Shown here in pieces: positions 12,670 through 22,869 of a DNA stretch of 64,000 nucleotides (positions are counted from its first letter, which is position 1; every line of letters starts with the position of its first letter). The stretch comes from Antedon mediterranea (Eukaryota > Animalia > Echinodermata), in assembly GCF_964355755.1 (NCBI RefSeq), contig NC_092679.1:1704201-1768200 (forward strand), written 5' to 3'. Both the position numbers and the translations under genes were made by a program. Below the pieces are notes generated by a model. It did no database searches, was not told the origin of the DNA, and was given only the letters and a program-made list of their open reading frames with translations.

Positions 12670-13939
12670 ATTTCACACGATTTGGTGAAGTAACAAAAAC
12701 GTCACAAGTGTAAGATGGCTCATCGTTACAAATTGCACAATGTGGATTCCTGTAAACAGTGCCGCCGTACACTATATAGCTTTGTAGTTGGTGAAACATG
12801 CTTCAATAACACTTTCATTCATGTAACTAGCGCTACATTGTGACGCTGCTGTCGCCAAACATGGACGCAGTGTGTCCTCTTTTCCTGGTGGTGGTCTAAA
12901 ACTCATAAAGGGACACAATGTACCTTCATTGATTTGTTCGTGTATGTTTGGCGGCGGAGCTTCGGTTGTGGTAGGAGGAAGTGTAGTAATGGGTGGTAGG
13001 GTAGGTAGAAAATAGTCAGGGACAGTGACAGGTAGGCCTATAGGTACTGGAAAAGGCCAAGGGATAGGAATGGGAGCAGGTTCAGGTGGCGGCGGGACAG
13101 GTCTAGGGATCGGTGGTGGAAGAGGTCCAGTGGGATCTTCACCAAACTCAACTATAACATTATCATCATGACAGAGAAAGATCACCTCCCAAGCTACCAC
13201 GTCCGTTATTAACACATTATTACACAAGGCGCAATACACATTCTTGTAAATGTTATTCTCTGTGTCCGATACAATAATTGCTAAAAGAACATCTACAGAA
13301 CCAGTGTTTTCGCATTTCTGTATCGTGTCTGTATCAACTGTACTGTCGTCTCTACAAAATGCTATAATATAATATCCACCCGAGAAACTGGCTGGATATC
13401 AATACAATTGAAGGATTAGGTACAAGCAGACCAGTAATCATAGCAACAGTCACCGTAATATTCACACTCAGTGTCACATCCACATTCCACGGCTTCAGAA
13501 GGACTACTTCCGCATCTATCTTGGCAAAGATGAGTGTTTGAACAAACAAAACATCAACATCAGTCCCATAAATTGTGATGGTTTCTAAAGCATGAAAAAT
13601 ACAACATCAATATTATTAATTAATGGAGTGTCATGTAAAGTGAAATTAAAGGAAATTCGCAAAGTTAACGCACCACATACGTATAAACATTTTAACGCGC
13701 TGCCTGTAACAAGGTGTCCGCAAATTATGAGACAGTGTCATTACATGGTTATCTTGAGTGATAGATACATTTTCCTAGCCTAGTACGACTTGAAAAGGTG
13801 AAATTACTGCACTATGGTGTGTCGTTGTGAGAGTTTATAATTATCTTTACTTACTGTCTGGTGGAAGGTCACAATAAACTTCACAAATCAAACGAAGGAT
13901 AATTAAACGCTGATACAACCAACACGCTTGTACATTCAT
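12670..13939 (-). pseudogene. Truncated SMB-GPCR copy 3 (ectodomain only)
   Basis: Signal exon 13939-13855 and acceptor at 13585-13586 are retained. Lesions: 5-bp insertion (~13548), 8-bp and 26-bp deletions (~13420, ~13388), 2-bp insertion creating a stop (12772). Homology ends at ~12675 with no 7TM. The array's 3' flank resumes at ~12560-12060. Confidence 0.85.
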
Positions 13940-14520
13940 ATTAGCAATCTGAAAAATAATCCTGATGATGGATGCACTTGTTGCAAATTGAACGAATTCC
14001 TATCCATCATTTGTTACATACTGGTTGCGATCTATCTATTAATATTCCTTTGTCACTATATTATATTATATGTATTAATTATCATCATCATTATTATTAT
14101 TATAATTAATGTTATTATAATTGGTTTTATTATTGTCAGTATTATTATATATTCCAAATATATTTGGTTAAAATATATTTATTTAAAATATATATGTGTG
14201 TCCTATATCAACATTAATTACATTCGTTATCAAAAATAGAGCGCGATCAGTAAAACTTCGGTTTGTTATTAAGCCGCCGCGCCACTATCTTGATACTAGC
14301 TGGTTTATTGACATTATCTTCGAACTTTTAGTCCGAAGATAATTACAATATTGGATAGGAAGCGAATGGTGGCGCTTTCTCAAATTTATGACAAACAACA
14401 AATACTGTAAATAATAAAAGGAGTGTTCCTGTCTTTATACTTTTATGCGAGGATCACAGGACATCAGACGCGACATTTAGGCGTAAAATGTGTTAATATT
14501 GCCTGCCTTGGAAAGCCATC

Positions 14521-17500
14521 ATGAGTGCTGGTATAAAGAACGTTGGCTTTGAAAATGAAATAGAAATTGTTAAGAACGGAAAAGAAGTTTCCTCTGGACA
14601 GGAAAAGCAGGATGAAGAAGTTAACGAAAGTCCGCCTACTGGATCTTGTGGATGGAGAGGATGTAAGCCAATTACTCTTCAGAGAATGGCTTCACCAAGG
14701 TGGCTCCTTTTTGTAATTTGTACATTTGTGTTTATTCAAAGTAAGTGTTTTGCCGCCAGTACAGCTGCGCGTACTGTACAGTACGGTAGTGTTTTAATTC
14801 ATTTATACTTGCGCTCTAAACGTACTATTATATTCTTGTCTAATGGAGCGGGTCGGTGTAGGGGGAGTGGTTGGGTAGGGGAGTGTCTTGGTGGGAATTA
14901 GTCGGGTACATCTAAACGTATAACCCAAAGTGTAGATCTGAATTCTAGATTATCCGGGTCCTTGTAGTATCCGAGTGCTACTTCCAAAGGACTTGGCGTG
15001 AATCTACCACTCCAGAATGTTTGAGGAAGTTTATGACAATTCTGTTTAGGAATGTATTGACTTAGTATTATTATTTAAGAAACGGATTAATATTTATAAG
15101 GGATAGCTAGGCCTACCTGACCTCAGAACCAGGCAATGTTATTTCAAACACAATTTGTCCATTTCTTAGCTAAATTGGAAAATTAAAAACAGCGTATAGT
15201 GAATGTTTTACTAGGCCTTCTAAAAAAGCTCAATATTGATATAAACGTCGTGTAAACACTGAGTGCCTGTTATTAGGTCACTTATCTTATCTTGTAACTA
15301 TATAATGGGGGGATCTCCGAAGAGATAGGCCTATACATACATTTTACCCTGAAGAGAAAAAGTCAGCCAGTGATAAGGCTGAACTGATTAATAGTGAAAT
15401 GATAAAGTTGAGACATTTTGTAAATGAAAACAAAAATAACAAACCGAGACCCGAACTGAGGTAAACCGATACCATGAACTAAGGTACTGTAGGTTAGAAT
15501 AGAAATTATTTTCACTTTCTTTCGATCTTTTTTTTGTGGCTACTATAATTACTATAACTAGATGGCACGCTCGCTTCGCTCGCGTACCATCTAGGTCGTG
15601 CCCACAGATGGTTCTCGAATACACAGTATTTCCAGCGAGAAAAAAATGGAGATTTCAAATGTACGTACCGCAGGACTATAATACATATTGTCGTTTACAG
15701 AAACGAATAAATATACACAATGATTTATGTAGTCAACCAAAATTAGCACCCTGGGAATTACTTCCGAGAGAGAAACAAAATGAGTCAAATTTTTTTATTT
15801 GGACTCATTTAAACAAACCCAATTTGTGTTTTGTATGTAACATTAAGGGTTGAGGGATGGGGGAAGAAGATAGGTACAAAGAGGAAACATTTTAAAATAT
15901 ATTCTTATCCACTCAGTAACGAAATATTGTTTTTAATGTTTTATAGGCCTATAAATAATATACCACTAAATACAGTAAAACATTTACGATTTAATACGGT
16001 ACTTTGTTAAAACTCTCACTGTCATAGTCGATTGAAATAGTAAAGTACATGTAACGATACACCACTACGACGTTTATATATTTTTAAATTATTAATTAAT
16101 ACAAACGTTGAGAAGCAACTGTCAGTAATAACGTTTATTTATTTGTATATTATATGTTTATAATCTAACAGTAGGGCCTACCCACACAGCATTGCAATAC
16201 TATTTATGTTTATTCTCCAAGGGGGCCCATAAATCTAAATCTATACCTCTATGGTTAAACCAAATAATTAGGAATGTTCCATTCATCACAAATCAATGCA
16301 TTTGTAAAAACGTATATTAAATGTATCAAAATAGTATTTTTTAAAGAAAATCGGCCTGTCTTCAACATTATGATGCTGTACTCGAACTGTTCAACCGGTT
16401 TTCAGCTATTAAAAACAATTATCGTAGGAGGAGATAGGAAAATGCGAAGCCTCTTCGCATTTTTGTGGCGGGTATTTTTCAAGATGGACATCCATTAGAC
16501 AGTGTATACCACGATCGGAAAACACCCCTATTTGGGGCAAATCGTTGAACCTAAATTCGTTTTAATCGTCAATAACTAATTATCTAACTTAATTTAATTA
16601 GTAAACAGGGTTACATCAGGTGGTTAAAATCAGTACCGAAAGTGCGAACCAACTTTATATACCATCGAGTAAAAATTCTAGAAGTAAGGCGCGATTTACC
16701 GAATTTTGCCCTTACGTAAATTTATATATAGATAAGTGGCTGAAGGACATGACGAGACCGTTAGGGAGAAGCATGTTATGGAAAGTGTAACATAGTCCAC
16801 AGCGCCTTGATAACTTTAGTGGATATGTGCGTTTTACAAATTCTTATATATTATTATTACTATTATTTGTTTTTTTGCTAATTTTTGGTTTTTAGTTCAT
16901 TTAGTTTATCAGCAGGAGTTACAAATGATTCAACTTTCATGTTTCTCTTTGTATTTGGTTTTTTTTTTACTGTCCAATAAAGGTAAATAATTATATGGTT
17001 TTATGATGTAATGGGCCTATTGTAATGGGCCTATTGTATAAATTATTATGTGTGTACTTTATTCTTTTAAATTATGTATTTACTACATTCATTACATTCA
17101 TTTAGATATAGTGACCAATGGGTTTGTGAATGTCTCGATCACCACCCTGGAACGGCGCTTTGATCTTTCAAGTTCACAAGCTGCGTTGATTTCAGGAGGC
17201 TATGACGTTGCTGCTGGCTTAGGAGTTGTTCCTGTTAGCTACTATTGCTCCAGTCGTCACAAAGGAACAGCCTTGACAGCAGGTATAGTTGACAGGCAAA
17301 GATGATCCGACTTGGATTTTATTAAACGTTGTTCTCACTACGCGCAACGTAACTAATTTGATAGTGCTTTGCTTTTGGTCAAATTTCGTTGCGTGTACCT
17401 ACCTTGCGGTGCGTCACAGCGCAAGCGCCACGCAAGTGTGTTGACCAATGGCAAGCAACAGTTTGAATAATCCATCGCTCGTGGTTATTTGTTCGCGTTT

Positions 17501-20463
17501 GCGTCAGTGAGAACCGAGCTTTAAGAAGCTAGAAACTAGAAGTAGTAAAACAATATTGATAAATAAATCCTTATATTTAATCAGGTTTAATTTTATATGG
17601 ATTTGGAGCACTTGTATTCTCTTCTCCGCACTTCATCGCTCCGAAATACAACTTAAATGGCGATGGTGCCGGTAATGGTAGTGAAATGTACTGTACGGTT
17701 GGAATTGATGAGCCGTGCAGCAGCGAAGACGTCACGGATCAGGACCTTTCCAAATATCTCTACGTCTTTATCTTTGCACAACTTATGATGGGATTAGCCG
17801 CTACACCTATTTACACAATTGGTATCACATACTTGGATGAAAATGTTAAACACAAAGTTATTGGTGCTTACATAGGTACATATCCCATATCACTGTTAAG
17901 TATAATGAACATAACTGCTCTTGGAAATAAGTAAATGAGTACCAACTTTAAATTAATTAATTACAAAAGTATGTGCCATATCAAACGAACAATATTTATA
18001 CTTATGCTCTATGGAACGCCTCCTCTGCCTTCAGTTTACTGCATGATCATTGGTGTGTACTGCATGATATATGTGAACTGAAGGCAGAGGAGGCATTCCA
18101 TAATGCTTATACATAATATATTATAGTTTTGTATTATGAAGCTGTGTAAAATATCACACCGGAAATCCTTTTTAATAGGTGTGTTTTTAATGGTGGCAAT
18201 CTTGTCTGGAGCCCTGGGATATATTATTGGTGGAATAATCTTAAACAGTGTCTATGTCAACGTACTTGAAGACTGGTAGGCATCACATTTTATTTGATCT
18301 GCAGCCTGGCGTGGTAGCAAACAAAAGCGACCCGAACGAACCACTCTATTATTGTAAATGTTCGTGTATGTTTACACATTGTGACTTGTACAATGAAATG
18401 TTAAAAATTAATATCTTTCTAGGCCAACAGATGTTTTACCGGGTCAGTGGATGGGTGCCTGGTGGATTGGCTTTGTCTTTTTTGGATTCTCGAGTTTTCT
18501 TGCAGCCATACCAATGAGCTGTTTCCCATCATATTTGCCTGGTAAGTTCGCCTGCTGGCAGCACTATGTTGAGACACTGAATAACAATTTAATCATGTTG
18601 CATTGAAATCCAAATTCGGATGTCAATGTGGCGTAAAGTGTGTTATTTTAGTCTCCGCCAACCCACTTTTATTTCACTTATGTACAACTTAACTTTAGTC
18701 ATTTGTTGTGTATTGAAAATATCAAAATCAACAAACAAAGGCAAAATAATAAAAACTGAATCATTGCATATCACCTCATAATAGGTTACGATAAAGTGCA
18801 TCAAGAGAAAGTAGAAGCATCTCAGATGAAAGGGGACGATGAGATGATTATTTCTAGAACAGACTTTGGAAAATGGAAAGAGCTGCCTTCTGCAATATGG
18901 CGCTTGTTAAGAAATACCACGTATATGCTTGTATCTCTTGGATCTTGTTTCCAGGCTATCATCAAAATGGGAGTTGTAGTGTTCTTGCCGAAATTGTTGG
19001 AAACAATGTTCTTATTGAGTGCCGGGACGGCGGCATCCATAACAGGTATTTACAGTCTAATTTACCTCAGTTACAGTACGCCAATGCTTATTTGAATGAT
19101 CTCTATAGTATTCTAATTGTTGTATATTATAGGTGGCCTCGGAACGACTGTTGGTGTAATATCTACAATCTTAGTTGGTTGGGCAATCAAAAGATGGAAA
19201 TTGAGCTTATTTGGAATGTTGAAATTGGTAATAGTGTCAGCAGTTGTCATAACGGTGACCATATTTTCGTTTTTTCTGAAGTGCCCGGAACCGCCATTGG
19301 CCGGTGTCTCGGAGGCTTACACCCCGTCCCATATGAGGTAAGTTATTCAAATTAATTAATTTTTTACGAACTCCTTGGGAAAATGGGTGCACCGATGTAC
19401 ATTAAATTATATTTCTATATTCATTTTTAGTAAAGTTGATTTAAACGCAGAGTGTAATGAGGATTGTCCATGTACCGATACAACTTATGATGCTGTCTGT
19501 GGGTCCGACGGCCGGGTGTATTTCGACGCCTGTTATGCCGGGTGCAAAATGTACAATGAACAGGTATTGTGTGAAAAGAAAATTTAAAAGAAAGTTAAAG
19601 TTAAGTTTAATTAATAATGTGAATAAAAGAGGTGTTTACGCCAAAAAAGAAAGAAAAAACGTTTAATTCCCCTGTACTTATATATTTTAGGGAATTACTA
19701 TTTTGCTGTTGAGTTTGCAGAGTAAATACCATGTTTACGAAATCCAATGTTTTAATCAATCAACGCTTAAGTTTAAATCTTTTTGGCAGGCCAAAACGTT
19801 TTATAACTGCTCGTGCGTACCAAATGACGATGTTGTTGGTGTAGGCTCTGCATCTGTGGGCGCATGCGCAACCATGACTTGTGCAACTCTGTACATCTTC
19901 CTTGCCGTGTTATGTATAAATGTCGCATGTACGTTTATACCAGGGCCACCACTCGATAACATTACATTAAGGTAAGAGGTTTTCTAAAACCAGGCTTCCA
20001 CTACTATAGGCCTACGCGCTTCACAAGTTACCTATCTCAGATTGTTCTTTGTAGAATGTATTGGCTAGACCTTTATGAATGGAAACATGTTAGTAGGGAG
20101 AAATCTATTTATCTAACAAAATTGTCCTTTTTCAGGTGTGTTTCACATGATCAGCGATCGCTTGCCCTTGCTGTTCAATGGGTCCTGGCTCGTTGTCTTG
20201 GTACGATACCAGGCCCTTTCCTATTTGGCAGTATGCTTGATATCAGCTGTATTTTATGGAATAGAAACTGCGATGGTTCCCGTGGAAGATGTCATAGATA
20301 CGATCGCTCGCTTCTTAGTATATTAATTGTCGGTTCGTCAGTCGTCTGCAGTTTCATAAGTCTATTTTTTTACGGTTTTGCTTATTTCTCGCATAAAAGA
20401 CGAACAACGAAAGCATCAAGTGAAGTAAAGGTGTCATTAGAAACCAAAAATACCCAGTTTTAA
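14521..20463 (+). CDS. SLCO4: Organic anion transporting polypeptide (SLCO4-like) paralogue 1, ~670 aa; exons 14521-14740, 17106-17282, 17585-17875, 18179-18275, 18423-18541, 18785-19045, 19133-19337, 19431-19563, 19790-19971, 20136-20463
   Basis: ITTLERRFDLSS, TYLDENV, OATP signature-like WMGAWWIGF, Kazal-like CNEDCPC..YDAVCGSDGRVYFDACYAGC, and LGTIPGPFLFGSMLDISCILW. All GT-AG, phases consistent, total 2013 nt. Confidence 0.92.
15555..15594. mobile_element. Helentron/Helitron-like terminal hairpin in SLCO paralogue 1 intron 1
   Basis: ACTAGATGGCACGC-TCGCTTCGCTC-GCGTACCATCTAG stem-loop; full extent of the element not determined. Confidence 0.4.
18010..18102. mobile_element. Short fold-back (MITE-like) element in SLCO paralogue 1 intron 3
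   Basis: 30-bp inverted arms, 18010-18039 and 18073-18102, with 2 mismatches. Confidence 0.6.
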
Positions 20464-20484
20464 CATTTTAAATATGCAACCTAA

Positions 20485-20638
20485 AGGGTCTTTCACACCT
20501 GTTCCAACACGGTTCAAATCGAACGTCAATGTTTCGTAGTATAGTTTGGCGCATAGCTGCGTGGAGCGTCGGTCGTGAAAACGCGTTCGATTTGATTTGC
20601 CGGCTCCGAACCGTGCCGGAACATGTGTGAAAGACCCT
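20485..20638. mobile_element. PIF/Harbinger-type MITE just after the SLCO paralogue 1 stop codon
   Basis: TIR AGGGTCTTTCACAC(C/A)TGTTCC; TAA target duplication at 20482-20484 and 20639-20641. Confidence 0.75.
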
Positions 20639-21111
20639 TAACTGCGGTATGGTTTGGTCAGCTATCAAGTGATGTAAAATTGTCTGTGTATCAGCAAAAA
20701 GTGAACTTTAGATGCTGAAGAAGAAACGTTTACCGCAGGTAGTTGATGCCAGAGCCATATATATAAAGAGTTACGACATTGAAGATTAGAAGCCATGTTT
20801 GTGTCAAAGAATTCGCACGCTGAGGGCGCGCGCATCTTATTTGTATAGCGTTTTCCTGTAGTTCTTGCTTTATTTTTAGATTTAGACAGGTAGTTGATGC
20901 CGTCAACGTCATGCGATGCTTTGTGTTTTCTCTTTATCTGTAGGCCTACTTTTTAATAGCGCATACATACAATACTATTGCTTATCTGTAGATTTATCGT
21001 TTATGAATTAATGGTTCATTGATTGAACTGACACGAATGGTATACAAACGAAATTATATATTATAAATAATTAACATTATATCAATAATAATGTGTATAT
21101 ACTATAAATAA

Positions 21112-21353
21112 AGGTAAGGTAAAGGTGAGTCCCGTATTCTCTGAACGTAGGGGAATGAGCTGTTAGGAGCTCATTGTACTAAGCCTCGGCATTATGTGGT
21201 AGCGGGGTGGCCAGTTTCTTTCCACGCCGCCTTTTTTCTCTAGTATTTTCAACCAGGTACTCATTTACAGCTGAGTGGACTGGGAGTTGTCGGGAATTGA
21301 ACCCGGGTCTATCTGTATATGACAGTCAAGTGTCCTAACCACTCGGATATCCA
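21112..21353 (-). mobile_element. Full-length tRNA-derived SINE with an 11-bp TSD
   Basis: Minus strand: A-box-like TATCCGAGTGGTTA, B-box GGGTTCAATTCCC, central CCACTCAGCTGTAAATGAGTACC, CTTTACCTTACCT tail. TSD ACTATAAATAA at 21101-21111 and 21354-21364. Confidence 0.85.
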
Positions 21354-22177
21354 ACTATAAATAAGAAGCGTAAAATTCGGAATTCAATCATTATGTGTAA
21401 AGTTTGGTATGATACTGAATATAGGGGGCGTGCATGCTAAAATCGTTTTTTGCGCGTCTTCGAAGCCACCACACGCATTCGCAATAGACATTCGAACTTG
21501 ATATTAGACGGTTGGTCTTGTTGAACTAGAATTATGAACTCTACAATACGTTAGTCTTTAAATTAACTCATTAGAATAATAAACATCACACTACAAAGTT
21601 TCAAACTTATAACACAGGCTGTAACGAGAGGCTAAAAACAGACGATCGAGGCAAAGATGCTTTAAATATAATTATCAATATAAAGTATGACAATCATTAT
21701 CTATGCTGGGGAATTTGGATAGGTGGTAAACATTTAAAATTTCCGACGAGGTACTTCTCGTCTCATCCTGGTAACGGCTCTCAGTAGGCTACTAGGGCCT
21801 ACATGTTGCCAACTGAATATGTAAGAAAGGAACCTGTTACTGAGCTTGTCTCAGAGGGACGACAGGAATGCGCGAAACTACGTATTGTTTGTTGTTAAGT
21901 TTTACCATAGAATCCGAGAAAAACTGAAACCACATGTAGGCAGTCAAAACCTACTTCTGTATTGGTTGGTTTTTATTCGACGCTCCAGGTTATCGAGACT
22001 ATGGGAAGCAGTGAAAATGAAAGTTATTTCTTTGTCTTAAGTTATAATTAAGGAAATTCAACATAGGGAAGTGTGTACTAACTGCTAAGAAGAATATGTA
22101 AGTGTTTGTAGCATCCGTAACGTGTTTTGATCAAAATCATATTAATGGTAGGCCTACGTCATTGATATGTTTAAAGA

Positions 22178-22336
22178 AGCTCTGTATACACCCTATACAC
22201 TATCGAACTATATGTGATGTGCCCATATATAGACATGATGATGTCATAACACTATCATATTTGGGCATATCACTACCATATTTGGGCACATCACAATTTT
22301 TTTTTGTCAAAGTCAACTTGTGTAGAGACAGAGCTT
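22178..22336. mobile_element. MITE family B (AGCTCTGTCTACACTATCAAACT...AGTTTGATAGTGTAGACAGAGCT); other copies at ~25164-25326, 34844-34998, 40478-40656, 49222-49361
   Basis: Five dispersed ~150-180-bp copies with terminal inverted repeats and the shared core GATGTGCCCATATATGGACATGATGATGTCATATCACTACCATATTTGGGCACATCAC. Confidence 0.8.
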
Positions 22337-22869
22337 TAGGAAAGAAAATTGTAATACGACTCACAAACGACGGTCTTCAGCTATCGGAAACCATTTCAAT
22401 ATTAACTATCATGATAATTTTAATATCCTCATCAACAAATATTTTTGTTACTACTTCCTCTTTATGTATATAAATATATAAACTAAAATGTATCAACTCA
22501 TGTCAGACAAATATTGCTACAGTATATAGTACTAATTTTAATTCAAATTAGCTTAACTATCCGTATCCGTCTTTTTATGTTATGTTAATTGTGTTCAATA
22601 TGGATGCACCACTTCTTGTGTGTGCCACCGATGTAAAGGTGCAATTTCCAAATAAATTGATTGATTGATATCGGGAATTAAAACGGTGGTGGCGCTAAAT
22701 GCCTTTTGTGTCGGAGCTGTACATGTTATCAAAACACTAGTACTGTAGTGTGTTACGGTGCTTCAGTTGGAAATGTTATGACAACACGACGCTCGTCCGG
22801 AATCAAATAATATTCATATATCATAATTTATATTATCTGTTATTAATCTATACCCGCCAGTTGGTAGTT

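Noticed and set aside
21278-21353. Functional tRNA gene (GTC in an anticodon-like position)
   Set aside because: Acceptor and anticodon stems do not pair properly, and it is the head of a TSD-flanked SINE.
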